The position numbers were made by a program, and so were the translations under genes. Positions 1-9,126 of a stretch of DNA of 64,000 bases are shown in pieces. The stretch spans positions 1-64,000 of IMG/VR virus record IMGVR_UViG_2751185860_000001, one strand, 5' to 3'. This stretch comes from a virus (Duplodnaviria > Caudoviricetes). Below the pieces are notes generated by a model that searched no databases, was not told the origin of the DNA, and saw only the letters and a list, made by a program, of their open reading frames with translations. Position 1 is the first letter of the stretch. Each line of letters begins with the position of its first letter.

Positions 1-1044
1 CTATCCCTTATTTTTTTGGAGCTTTTCGATTGATTCGAGAGCCAATCTTTTGCGATCAGCAGTCTTTGTGTAGAGAGATGCCATTTGATCATCAGTCCAT
101 CCAAAAATTGCTTTAAGTTGTGCGACCGTAGCACCTGCATTGGCAGCTCTTGTTGCAGCTAATTTTCTTAAACCATGAGCTGATTTTTTTATTCCCGCTG
201 CATTGCAAGCATCTCTAAACAGGTTCCCAAAGGTTTCTTTGGTTAGTTTTTTCCCCCCTTTCCCACAAATAAATGTTTCATCACCAATAGGACCCATTTC
301 AAGAGTTTTTGCTAATTCGGGTAGAATGGGAAGAAACACATCTGTTTGAAATTTGCTTTTTTCTGTCTTTAAATGAATGACATTATCCGTGACATCCTTC
401 CATCCGATGCGTACAACATCTCCCCGTCGTAAGCCTGTGTAAAGAAGAACATCAATCCATACCCGTTCATGCGTTCCGAGAGGCCATTGTTGATAATATT
501 TGTCGATGTCCTCTTCTATCCAAGCAGGGAATCCATCCTTGTTTTTGAGAAATGGTGTTTTAACCCCTAAAGCAGGATTATTTTCTAAAAGTCCTTGTTC
601 AACTGCCCATTTAAAAAGGCCATTAACTGCTTTGAGAAAATTCCGAGCATTTGCAGGTGTTTCTTTGCGTCGTTCAACGCCGGCTATGATATGCGACTTT
701 TTAATTGCTTTGTATGGAATATCTCCTATGGCATCTGACACTTTCATTAGAATAAGTTCTTTTTGCCTTTTCGTAGCATGAGCTAGGTTATGCCAAGTGA
801 CGCTGTCAAAATATTGTTTCAGGAGCCATATAAAACTACCTTCAACGAGTTTACCAGGTTTAGATTTAGGAAGCTTGTATCCTTGTAACTCAGAAAGAGC
901 ATCTTTATAGTCGTCAACAAATTCTTGTGTACCATAGGTTCCACGCACTCTACGCCTTTGACCATGGCCAATACGCACGTACCATACGATTTTACCATAG
1001 CGCGTAATTTCTTTGACAAGGTGGGGAGGCCGTGGTTTAGGCAT
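1..1044 (-). CDS. int: Tyrosine recombinase / phage integrase
   Basis: 347 aa; catalytic motifs TGLRRGD (R), SAHGLRK (HxxR) and C-terminal LYT (Y); stop codon at 1-3. Confidence 0.95.
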   Translation of the reverse strand: MPKPRPPHLVKEITRYGKIVWYVRIGHGQRRRVRGTYGTQEFVDDYKDALSELQGYKLPKSKPGKLVEGSFIWLLKQYFDSVTWHNLAHATKRQKELILMKVSDAIGDIPYKAIKKSHIIAGVERRKETPANARNFLKAVNGLFKWAVEQGLLENNPALGVKTPFLKNKDGFPAWIEEDIDKYYQQWPLGTHERVWIDVLLYTGLRRGDVVRIGWKDVTDNVIHLKTEKSKFQTDVFLPILPELAKTLEMGPIGDETFICGKGGKKLTKETFGNLFRDACNAAGIKKSAHGLRKLAATRAANAGATVAQLKAIFGWTDDQMASLYTKTADRKRLALESIEKLQKNKG

Positions 1045-1053
1045 AGCGTGACC

Positions 1054-1293
1054 TTACATACCAATATCAAAGTCATAATCACCCTTTGAGAGATCTAATA
1101 ATCTGTCTGGATGAGTAGCAGTATTTGGTATGGCGATATCAGCTTTGAGATAAATTAAGAGTTCACCAGTTGGTTTGATTTCCATTAACTCACAACCTTG
1201 CTTTTTAGCTTCTCTTAAAGCTCTTGCAATAGCGGACTGTGTTACGGCAGCGTGGCGACGAGCCATGTTGAATTTCCTTAATTTTGATTGCAC
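1054..1293 (-). CDS. Small excisionase-like protein
   Basis: 79 aa basic protein directly upstream of int on the same strand; positional inference. Confidence 0.5.
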   Translation of the reverse strand: MQSKLRKFNMARRHAAVTQSAIARALREAKKQGCELMEIKPTGELLIYLKADIAIPNTATHPDRLLDLSKGDYDFDIGM

Positions 1294-1344
1294 TTCACCT
1301 GTGGTGAAAAGTGCGCATGTGTGAGAGAGTGATTGAAAATGGGT

Positions 1345-1377
1345 GGGGGCGCTTAGGGGAGGGAGAACAGCGCCCCC
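1345..1377 (-). terminator. GC-rich hairpin, possible terminator or processing site between exo and xis
   Basis: gggggcgct (1345-1353) pairs with agcgccccc (1369-1377); weak U tract on the minus strand. Confidence 0.4.
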
Positions 1378-1384
1378 TATGGGT

Positions 1385-2005
1385 TTAAGCAGCTTGCGTC
1401 AAGAATTGCATATCTTGTTCTATTTCTGCTAAAAATGCTTCAACAGCTTTATTGATGAGCTCAATCTGTTCATCATCACGTGGGATGCGTAAAGTTTTGA
1501 TACACAAATGAGGTGATTTATCTATAAACCAAGGATGATAGCTAACAAAATCACACCATTTTCGTTCTGTGCAAGCCATTTGGAATTGCATTTGTAAAAT
1601 ATATTCAGGTTTGATTTTACCGTCTCGCAAAAAACGGACATGGGTTGTTTCTTGAGGGCATTTGACTTCTATGAGGCCCCCATCTCCAATGAGACCATCA
1701 GGACTAGCGCCTGCCATTTCAATTGTCGGATGGGGAATAAACCCACATCGTGTGACAGGAGTATCGTAAAGAAAGCTATATTCTTCAATTGCACTGTCTT
1801 CATATTCATTGCCCCATCGCATGGCAGGTGTTTCATAAGATGATATTGTTTTACCAGTTAAACGTTCTGTAATGAGCTTGATTTTGTACTCTTCATATTT
1901 ACTTGTGGGTAAGCCTTTAGCTGTTTTATCGACGATGCTGTTAATGTTTGAAGCTGTGACTTTACCTAAACGCGCTTGAAACCATTCTGCTGTTCTTTGT
2001 TCCAT
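1385..2005 (-). CDS. YqaJ / lambda-exonuclease family recombination nuclease
   Basis: MEQRTAEWFQARLGKVTAS start, ASPDGLIG and IEVKCP PD-(D/E)xK motifs. Confidence 0.92.
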   Translation of the reverse strand: MEQRTAEWFQARLGKVTASNINSIVDKTAKGLPTSKYEEYKIKLITERLTGKTISSYETPAMRWGNEYEDSAIEEYSFLYDTPVTRCGFIPHPTIEMAGASPDGLIGDGGLIEVKCPQETTHVRFLRDGKIKPEYILQMQFQMACTERKWCDFVSYHPWFIDKSPHLCIKTLRIPRDDEQIELINKAVEAFLAEIEQDMQFLTQAA

Positions 2006-2006
2006 A

Positions 2007-2783
2007 TCACACCCCCGTTGAAGCTTGTTGAATTGGTGTGTGTGGTTGTTTTGGTAAAGGTAAAGCTTGTTGTGCTTCTTCCATTTGTAAGTGTTGTTTT
2101 GCTTCCAAACGCCTTAAAACAATTTGCCCTGTCTCATGAGACATTTCTGCGAGATTTGTGACCTTTGCATAAGAGAGTACTTTTGCTTCTTCTGTTTTTG
2201 TTTGTTCCATTAAATCTTTGATTTGCTCAAGTAAATCATGAGATATTCTCTCGTTTTGGGGGAGATAGTTAGCCTCATTAATACGATCAGCTTCATCTTC
2301 ATCATAGATACCAGATAAACCGAATGCATAACGAGCACACTGTATCAGTGCCTTATGACGTAACATGCGAGCAGGACATTGATTCCAAGGTTCTGTATTT
2401 CGCTTACATTCTTTGAGATATTCTGTGATTTTTATGGGATATTTCTTATCTTTTAAATGTATAGTGCACGTAACAGAAAACAGATTGCCTTCATTATCAA
2501 AGTTTTCTTCAAGTTCTACCCCATCGAGACTAGGGTGTGAATTTATGACCTTAAGCCACCCATCAACAGAGACAGTTGCGATAATGCCGCCCCCTCTTTT
2601 AGGGATGGCATATATTTCTTTGTTTAGAGGGTCTAATCCATATTTTTTGGCAAGATAAACAAAGACCAAAAACTCAGCATTAGAAATATTACCGCTAATA
2701 CATGTTTTGAAAATTGCTTCACGAAATTCTTGTTCTGATAAATCATATTGTTGCGCCATTTTTGCAACGAGAGGAGTTGTCAT
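2007..2783 (-). CDS. RecT/Bet-family single-strand annealing protein
   Basis: GLDPLNKEIYAIPK, VSVDGW, PARMLRHKALIQCARYAFG motifs; likely start ATG 2783 with RBS aaggat; adjacent to exonuclease. Confidence 0.9.
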   Translation of the reverse strand: MTTPLVAKMAQQYDLSEQEFREAIFKTCISGNISNAEFLVFVYLAKKYGLDPLNKEIYAIPKRGGGIIATVSVDGWLKVINSHPSLDGVELEENFDNEGNLFSVTCTIHLKDKKYPIKITEYLKECKRNTEPWNQCPARMLRHKALIQCARYAFGLSGIYDEDEADRINEANYLPQNERISHDLLEQIKDLMEQTKTEEAKVLSYAKVTNLAEMSHETGQIVLRRLEAKQHLQMEEAQQALPLPKQPHTPIQQASTGV

Positions 2784-2849
2784 TATCGTTATCCTTAACT
2801 TTGGGTACACCCCACCTGTGGCGTGAAGCACGCGTGTTTTGAAAAAGGT

Positions 2850-2885
2850 GTGTTTGAATTAATTTTTAGATGTATTGAGAAGAAA
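2850..2885. repeat. Direct repeat copy A flanking the antirepressor gene
   Basis: gtgtttgaattaatttttagatgtattgagaagaaa; 33/37 aligned positions identical to 3704-3740. Confidence 0.8.
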
Positions 2886-3702
2886 ACGTTGTTGCTGTTC
2901 TTTTAAAATCAGCAACTTTGGCATTAGCAAAGCCGTTAATTTCTTCTTGAGTGTGGATTTGTTTGCAGAGTATCATACTCAGGCGTTTTAATCCTTTAGA
3001 TGTAATTTTTGCGCTAGGAACGGTTCTTTCTCGTCCACTGATTGTTTGAATGGTTTCGGGTATATAAGCCATCAATCCTTCATTGATTTTACTATAATAA
3101 GGCACCAAACTTTTATCAGTACGACAATAAATCCAACGACGATTAATCAAATAGTTCGCTAAATCTTCAGGACACATGTCTAACATTTTTGCTACATCAT
3201 TTATACTAAGCAAATCATCAGAGCGTTCTAAAGGTTTAAGTGCTTCTGTCTTTGGAGTTAATTCAGCAATGATATAATCTTTACATTCGCTTTCATTTTT
3301 TAAGTGCGTAAAAACACCTAAGATGATTTGGGGATTAGAATAGTCAATTTGAGAAGGGTTCATTTGTTTTGCTTTTCGTTCGCACTCAATGAAATATTGA
3401 CGAGCTTGTTTCCCTTTCTCATTACGTTCAATCATAGCAAGTTCTTTTGCCATGTCTAAGGTGAGGTAGTATTCTGTACTTGGACGAGCGTTTTGTTTGG
3501 ATTTTACTAAGATTTTAGTAAAACTCACAAAGTCTTTATTTTCTAGGAAACCATACTCTTTAATACGATTAGCTATCCAATTTCTAAAATTGGAATTCAC
3601 TTCCAAGAACGTATACAACTCACGTGCATTGACTGTTTGTACAGTTTCTTGATTAATTGTATGGTTCCAAATAGCGATAAATGCTTCCATTGCAGACCTC
3701 AT
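2866..3702 (-). CDS. Phage antirepressor (AntA/AntB N-terminal domain plus KilAC/ANT-like C-terminal domain)
   Basis: QTVNARELYTFLEV...YYLTLDMAKELAMIERNEKGKQARQYFIECE; C-terminal LLSINDVAK...AKITSKG. Confidence 0.9.
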   Translation of the reverse strand: MRSAMEAFIAIWNHTINQETVQTVNARELYTFLEVNSNFRNWIANRIKEYGFLENKDFVSFTKILVKSKQNARPSTEYYLTLDMAKELAMIERNEKGKQARQYFIECERKAKQMNPSQIDYSNPQIILGVFTHLKNESECKDYIIAELTPKTEALKPLERSDDLLSINDVAKMLDMCPEDLANYLINRRWIYCRTDKSLVPYYSKINEGLMAYIPETIQTISGRERTVPSAKITSKGLKRLSMILCKQIHTQEEINGFANAKVADFKRTATTFSSQYI

Positions 3703-3703
3703 A

Positions 3704-3740
3704 GTGTTTGGATTAGTTTTTCAGATGTGTTGAGAAGAAA
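3704..3740. repeat. Direct repeat copy B flanking the antirepressor gene
   Basis: gtgtttggattagtttttcagatgtgttgagaagaaa; immediately upstream of the ant ATG on the minus strand. Confidence 0.8.
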
Positions 3741-3743
3741 GGG

Positions 3744-4124
3744 TTATTGCCGATAAGTACTGTAGAATGGATTTTGATATTCCCGTTCTTCTATCTTGTC
3801 TAAGACATCACTGTATGCCCAGCTGTGAGCTATAAAAGGATATGGGGTATCCTCTACAAAGTAATAATGCTCATAATCGTCTAAGTATTTTTGAACATAA
3901 AGTTCAGCAACTTCTTCAGAAATATCATCATAGCGGTTTGACATAAGATCAATACGAAGAATGCTTACAACGGTTTCCATCTGGCCCACAATGTCCATGA
4001 TTTCAGTTTCATCAATTGGTCCAGGTTTAGCGTAGTAATCATCATCGTAAGTGGACACAATCAACAAGATCTCATCAGCACCTACAAAAAGCTGTTTATT
4101 CATTTTCCATCCCCTCTCATTCAC
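3744..4124 (-). CDS. Hypothetical acidic phage protein, first gene of the leftward early operon
   Basis: 126 aa ORF co-oriented with the ant/recT/exo operon, just downstream of the PL-like promoter. Confidence 0.65.
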   Translation of the reverse strand: MNERGWKMNKQLFVGADEILLIVSTYDDDYYAKPGPIDETEIMDIVGQMETVVSILRIDLMSNRYDDISEEVAELYVQKYLDDYEHYYFVEDTPYPFIAHSWAYSDVLDKIEEREYQNPFYSTYRQ

Positions 4125-4158
4125 GTTGGCAAATGTTTTTTTCTAAGTTATGGGGATA

Positions 4159-4208
4159 GATGTAACACGCTTTAGCGTTTATGTCAATTAAAAAAATCGC
4201 TATAGCGT
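4159..4208 (-). promoter_or_regulatory. Leftward early promoter PL with two operator palindromes (OL)
   Basis: Minus-strand TTGACA (4187-4182), 17 nt, TACATC; palindromes acgctttagcgt (4167-4178) and tcgctatagcgt (4197-4208). Confidence 0.7.
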
Positions 4209-4343
4209 TATTTTAATTAATAATGTAGGAACACAAAATGAAGAGTTCTAAAAATTTAGAAGTAATTTTACCTAATATTGTTGTAAGATGGGAGGCTTTA
4301 TCTACGACACAAAAACAAGAAATATTAAAGATAGTAGAAGATA

Positions 4344-4658
4344 TTACTCATGCTGTTCCGTCAACAAAACATTCAAAGCTTCGAGTTTCTTCTTATCTCC
4401 GGATGAAGCCCAAGTTATAAATTTTATATCTTCCTCGGAAATGTTGAATCCAGTTATTACATATATAGCGCTTGCATTTCCGAGTGCATTAAGAATAGCC
4501 ATCAATTTATCCACAGAAGGCCTTTTCCCTCCATTCACCATCTGTTGTATATAGTTTTGCCCACAGCCCGCGGCTTTACTTATTTCAATCATTGTTCGTC
4601 CGTCATTTTTTATTAGTTCAATTAAACGTTGAAACCAATCTTTTTCAATCTTTGTCAT
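4344..4658 (-). CDS. CI-like HTH repressor
   Basis: 104 aa XRE-type HTH (MIEISKAAGCGQNYIQQMVNGGKRPSVDKL), divergent from a cro-like gene, flanked by matching operators. Confidence 0.82.
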   Translation of the reverse strand: MTKIEKDWFQRLIELIKNDGRTMIEISKAAGCGQNYIQQMVNGGKRPSVDKLMAILNALGNASAIYVITGFNISEEDIKFITWASSGDKKKLEALNVLLTEQHE

Positions 4659-4667
4659 TTTAAAGCC

Positions 4668-4701
4668 TTTACACTTTTACGCTATAGCGTTATATTAGCG
4701 T
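4668..4701 (+). promoter_or_regulatory. Rightward early promoter PR with operator (OR)
   Basis: TTTACA (4668-4673), 17 nt, TATATT (4691-4696); perfect palindrome acgctatagcgt (4679-4690) in the spacer plus half site ttagcgt. Confidence 0.75.
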
Positions 4702-4743
4702 TATAAGATTAGATTATGTGATGAAGGAGTGTAAAAAAACACG

Positions 4744-4995
4744 ATGCGCCATGCTTCCCTTGTAAAGGATATAGAGTTGTTTTTAACTAATAACAAAATG
4801 TCTCCGTACACTTTTGGCTTCAAATCAATAAAAAATGGTCGTTTAGTTTCACGGTTACGACAAGGTGGACGCATATGGCCGGAAACGGAAATGCGCATTC
4901 GTACATTTATGAAATACTACCCAAATAATATACGCCCCGGCGTTACAAATCAAGATCTCCCCCATCGTGTGAGTTTGTTGATGGTTGTGCAGTAA
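4744..4995 (+). CDS. Cro-like small DNA-binding protein
   Basis: 83 aa, MSPYTFGFKSIKNGRLVSRLRQG; divergent partner of the repressor. Confidence 0.72.
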   Translation: MRHASLVKDIELFLTNNKMSPYTFGFKSIKNGRLVSRLRQGGRIWPETEMRIRTFMKYYPNNIRPGVTNQDLPHRVSLLMVVQ

Positions 4996-5047
4996 GCAGG
5001 GCAGGATATGAGCAAACCGATGCGCAACAGTCATTAGGTGGGTAGAG

Positions 5048-5746
5048 ATGAGTATATCAAAGAAATACGAGTTTGTAGAAGAAGGTACGTTGTTTAAGCC
5101 TTTCAGTTTTAATAAGGCATATATCTGTACTCTTTACCGAATTAGAGCCTTAAGAGATTTTGGTAATGTTAGCGCCGGTGAGCTTGGTGGTCTTATAGAG
5201 AAAGAAGATAATCTTTCTCATGATGGTGATTGTTGGGTTGGGTATGGTGCACTAGTTTACGAAAATGCTCGCGTTCACGGTGATGCAGAAGTTAGCATTA
5301 ATGCACGGGTTTGCGGTAGTGCACAGGTTTATGATGATGCTCATATTTGTGGTAATGCATATGTTTCCGGTAAAGCAGAAGTTTACGGTGGTGCTTGGGT
5401 TTATGATCATGCTCGTGTTTACGACAATGCTCGTGTTTACGGTCGCGCACAAGTTTACCGTGATTCACGAGTGTATGATAATGCAGAAATTTCCGGTGAT
5501 GCACAAGTTTATGATGATGCACGCGTTTATGATGATGCTTTTGTTTACGGTAATGCTCACGTTTATAGGGATGCACGGGTATATGAAAATGCGCATGTTT
5601 ATGGGGATGTAAAAACTGGCTATAATACACACATTTGTGGCGATACACGAGTTTATGAAAATGCAAAGATTAAAGACGAAATATGCTTTGCAAGTGGTAT
5701 TTTTAATTGTTGGCAGTCTTCCCCGGCTTTAAACCAGTTTAGATAA
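5048..5746 (+). CDS. Hexapeptide-repeat (left-handed beta-helix) phage protein, copy 1
   Basis: N-terminal YRIRALRDFGNVSAGELGGLIE...DGDCWV then many (A/V)xVYxN/D hexapeptides. Confidence 0.85.
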   Translation: MSISKKYEFVEEGTLFKPFSFNKAYICTLYRIRALRDFGNVSAGELGGLIEKEDNLSHDGDCWVGYGALVYENARVHGDAEVSINARVCGSAQVYDDAHICGNAYVSGKAEVYGGAWVYDHARVYDNARVYGRAQVYRDSRVYDNAEISGDAQVYDDARVYDDAFVYGNAHVYRDARVYENAHVYGDVKTGYNTHICGDTRVYENAKIKDEICFASGIFNCWQSSPALNQFR

Positions 5747-5848
5747 ACATTTTAACAAAACGTCAGATGACTGACACGCTTTTCTGTCTTGTTTAGGCAC
5801 GAAGACAGGCTGGGCAATTTTATACTTAAAGAAAGAAGGAGATATGTG

Positions 5849-6175
5849 ATGGCCACGAAATCATCCTGGGTAAAATTTTATCCTGGTCAATTTTTAATTG
5901 AGCTTATGCTTTTGAAGCCAAAAGAAACAGCTATTTATACAACACTGGTCTTGCTCATGCTTCATGAGCGCGCACCTATTTTTAATGATGCTTCTCATTT
6001 ATCAAGTTTGTGCAGCTGTTCAGTGTGGACGTTTCGAAACATATTAGAATCTTTAATGAGCCGTGGTTATATCATTCGTTTAGAGAGTGGCCGTTTGTGG
6101 TACACATCATCAGCAGTTGATCTTGATATCAGTAGTACATCTTCAGAAAAAAAGGGGGAAAGCTATGTCAACTAA
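5849..6175 (+). CDS. DUF1376/YdaU-like protein (short paralog)
   Basis: WVKFYPGQFL...AIYTTLVLLM...IRLESGRLW; RBS aaggag before ATG 5849; aligns by eye with the next gene. Confidence 0.7.
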   Translation: MATKSSWVKFYPGQFLIELMLLKPKETAIYTTLVLLMLHERAPIFNDASHLSSLCSCSVWTFRNILESLMSRGYIIRLESGRLWYTSSAVDLDISSTSSEKKGESYVN

Positions 6176-7297
6176 ATTACTGTGGGTTAAAAGTTTTTCG
6201 TCTGATTGTCTTGCTGACACGAGTGGAATGAAAGCATTTCAGATAGCAACATACGTAATATTGCAATGGCACATGCGTAGAAGTGGTGAACCTATTTTTT
6301 GTGATCCAAGTAAATTAGCACACAGTGCTGGTTGCTCGGTTAATGCTTTTAATAAGGCATTAGATTTTTTGTTACGTGATCAGAAAATCGTTCGTTTAGA
6401 AGATGGCCGTTTGTGGAGTTTGCAAGTCGAGGAAGAACTTAAAAACTTTATTGATAAACAAGAGCATATATCGCAAGTGCGTAGTGAAGCTGGGAGAAAA
6501 GGTGCACAAGCAAAAATGCTTAAAAAACAATCTGTTAATGATTATGTTGAAGCAAATGGTAAGCAAAATAATAATTTTGTTGAAGCAAACGATAAGCAAA
6601 ATCAAGCTATAAAGAATAAGAATAAGAATATATATAAAAAACTAACACTATCGTGTTATCAAAAAAAGAAAATGCTTCAGAAGATTTAGCAACTGAAGTT
6701 TCGGTTCAAGACGAAACAACCGATGATGCTGTTGAGCAGCATTTGGATCACGATACACCCTCATCAGAAAACCAATCACCCGTTTCACAGCAAAAAAGCA
6801 CTGAAAAGAAAACCAAGCGGTCTGGAGATAGACGAGGTTGTCGCATTCCTGAGGATTTCGAACCTAACTTGAAATACGCAATCGACAAGGGCTTAACGCA
6901 TGAAGAGGCGTTATCAGAGTTTGAGAGATTTAAAAACTACTGGCTAGCAAGACCAAGAAAATGTGCAGAAATCAAGGATTGGCAGCGGACATGGTACAAC
7001 TGGGTTACTTCCGATTATGGACTTTTAGCTAAGAAAAAAGCGAAACTGGAAAAGGAAAAACAAAATGGTAGGTATGAAAATTATTCTCAGCGACAAAAAA
7101 GTTTCAGCGAACGTCTTGCAGAAAGTTTCGAAAGTTCCAGAGATGATTTCTCATCTGGAAATGCTTATGAAGAGGATCAACCGAGGGTATCCATCGACCT
7201 TCAAGAGTGGGAGCGAATTGACGAAGCAGGAGGAGGAAAAAGTTTTGGATGCTTGCAATCGTCTACAGAGATTGCTCAGTGTGAAAGCTTCAGATGA
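6165..7297 (+). CDS. Phage replication initiator (DUF1376 N-terminus, DnaT-like C-terminus), interrupted by a -1 frameshift at A6 6636-6641
   Basis: ORFs 6087-6689 and 6653-7297 join as NIYKKTNTIVLSKKE if one A is added; C-terminal RGCRIPEDF...FERFKNYW...DWQRTWYNW. Confidence 0.72.
6545..6602. repeat. Iteron-like direct repeats inside the initiator gene (candidate phage origin)
   Basis: tgttgaagcaaatggtaagcaaaat (6545-6569) vs tgttgaagcaaacgataagcaaaat (6578-6602), 22/25 identical, in an A-rich tract. Confidence 0.55.
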
Positions 7298-7634
7298 GCA
7301 GATTAAGAAAGCTGCTTTCTTGCTTTCAAGTTTGAGAGTTCCTGCTAACACAGATCCCAATGTAGTTTCCTCATCCTACAAGCTAACACTCAAACAAGTT
7401 TCAGCGTACGCTCTTGCACAAGCCGTTGAAAATATTCTCACCGGTCAGGTTGAAGGGATGTCAAAGGTATTCATGCCCACATGTGCAGAACTTGTTTCCT
7501 ATTGTCAGAAGCTAGAAAGCGAGGTGCTTAGCAGAGCTTGGTATGTGCATAGAGCGATTGAAAATACACGGGCAAAAGCACTGAAAGAACAGGAGAAGCG
7601 AGAGAACGTCATTCCATTCACAAAAACGGCGTGA
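7065..7634 (+). CDS. Hypothetical replication-module protein (possible helicase-loader position)
   Basis: 189 aa ORF overlapping the 3' end of the initiator in another frame; start uncertain. Confidence 0.6.
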   Translation: MVGMKIILSDKKVSANVLQKVSKVPEMISHLEMLMKRINRGYPSTFKSGSELTKQEEEKVLDACNRLQRLLSVKASDEQIKKAAFLLSSLRVPANTDPNVVSSSYKLTLKQVSAYALAQAVENILTGQVEGMSKVFMPTCAELVSYCQKLESEVLSRAWYVHRAIENTRAKALKEQEKRENVIPFTKTA

Positions 7635-7818
7635 TGAGTTTTAGAACAGCAAAATAGAGAGAAGTGCTGATCATTTTTGGATTGGATATGCATTTAAATC
7701 GACAGAAAGGCACCTTAGAGAGAGATTTAGAAGTTTTTTGATGAAATTCCACATTGGGAACATAAAATGCTCTGTACGGGGTTAATTTAAGGAAATTAAA
7801 ACAGATGCTAAAATCGGG

Positions 7819-8136
7819 ATGATAATTATGAAATTTATAAAACGTTTTTTCTGTAAAAAACCTCAACAACCAATAAAAAAACATTTCGTGAGCACTGTTC
7901 ATGGTTATGAGGCATGGTTTCATCATGATGAATCATGGGAGTTGGTATGGAGTGAATGTTTTTACAACCTCTATGAGGATGAAGATGGAAGACGAACATT
8001 TGAAAGATTTAAAGGGCGTTATTATCGTTGTGAACCAAACGCAGTGGACTTTAGTGTGAGGGCACAAATAGATGCTTGGATTCACGGGGGTGATCTTCCT
8101 AAAACTGGAAATACTGGGAAGGATTTGACCAACTAA
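7819..8136 (+). CDS. Hypothetical protein
   Basis: 105 aa aromatic-rich ORF co-oriented with the PR operon. Confidence 0.55.
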   Translation: MIIMKFIKRFFCKKPQQPIKKHFVSTVHGYEAWFHHDESWELVWSECFYNLYEDEDGRRTFERFKGRYYRCEPNAVDFSVRAQIDAWIHGGDLPKTGNTGKDLTN

Positions 8137-8163
8137 ATTACAATGGAATGATGAGTTTTTTGT

Positions 8164-8192
8164 TTGACAGTGAGAGATAGTTTTGCTATACA
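8164..8192 (+). promoter_or_regulatory. Sigma70-type promoter for the C4-like leader
   Basis: TTGACA (8164-8169), 17 nt, TATACA (8187-8192). Confidence 0.65.
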
Positions 8193-8304
8193 GATACCCA
8201 AGTGCTCAAAACACTTAACGATAAGCGGATAGGTTACGAAACAATCTCTCCAATGTCTTTTTAAACTGACTATCTTTTTACGTATTTCAACGTATAGTGA
8301 TTTT

Positions 8305-8385
8305 GTCGGGTGTGGTTACACCATACAATACCCTTTATGGGGAAAGTGTAACGACGGACTTATCGCCGTGTTTTGAGCACCCGGC
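8305..8385 (+). ncRNA. C4-antisense-like structured RNA, copy 1
   Basis: Outer stem gtcgggtg/cacccggc, inner stem gttacac/gtgtaac, hairpin cccttta-tgggg; segments cttatcg and gtgttttgagcac are complementary to flanking sites at 8202-8225 and 8404-8424. Confidence 0.78.
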
Positions 8386-8435
8386 GCCCTTTTGGGGCGT
8401 CAATCAAAACTTTATTACGATAAGGAAAACTCCAA

Positions 8436-9092
8436 ATGCAAAAATATGAATTTACAAGCGAAACAATCGAAACAGCTGATGGGCACACTCTTCATCGTAT
8501 TCGTGCCTTAAGAGATTTTGGTAATGTTAAAGCTGGTGACCTTGGTGGCTATATAGAGCTAGAGGACAATCTTTCTCATGATGGTGATTGTTGGGTTGGG
8601 GGTAATGCTTATGTTTATAGAGACGTTGCCCGTGTTTATGAGAATGCTATCGTGTGTGGTGATGCTGTTGTTTGTGGACAGGTTTATGGGAATGCTTATA
8701 TGTCTGGATATACCCGTGCTTATATTGATGCACATGTTTATGGGAATGCTCGTATTTTAAAGGAAGCATGGGTTTATAGTGATGGCCATGTTTATGGGAA
8801 TTCTGAGGTCGCCGGTTCAGCTCGTATTGCATCAGGGGCAAAAGTTTATGGGAATGCAAAAATTGCTGCTCATGCAAAAATTATTGGTGAAGTTTATGAG
8901 AATGCTACGATTGGTGGCCGTGTTAGGATTTACGGTTCCGTTTATGGTAATGCAAAAATTGCTGGTAGTGGATGGGTTTGGGGAAAAGCATATGGTAATG
9001 CAAAAATCACAGGAAAAAACGAGTGGTCTATTCCAATAAATTGTGAGGTTTATGAAGGCGATAATATCGTCGAGATTGCTACAGCAGCGTAA
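8436..9092 (+). CDS. Hexapeptide-repeat (left-handed beta-helix) phage protein, copy 2
   Basis: HRIRALRDFGNVKAGDLGGYIE...DGDCWV then VYGNA repeats; paralog of 5048-5746. Confidence 0.85.
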   Translation: MQKYEFTSETIETADGHTLHRIRALRDFGNVKAGDLGGYIELEDNLSHDGDCWVGGNAYVYRDVARVYENAIVCGDAVVCGQVYGNAYMSGYTRAYIDAHVYGNARILKEAWVYSDGHVYGNSEVAGSARIASGAKVYGNAKIAAHAKIIGEVYENATIGGRVRIYGSVYGNAKIAGSGWVWGKAYGNAKITGKNEWSIPINCEVYEGDNIVEIATAA

Positions 9093-9126
9093 ATAACAGG
9101 CGCGGGGGGCGCCTGCTTTTAAACAA

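Noticed and set aside
4238-4420. 60-aa ORF convergent with and overlapping the repressor gene
   Set aside because: Has a plausible RBS but no motif, and overlaps cI antisense; cannot be supported without expression data
5252-5666. His-rich and Met-rich alternative-frame ORFs over the first beta-helix gene (also 8578-9039)
   Set aside because: Shadows of the 18-bp hexapeptide periodicity; no RBS and no independent motif
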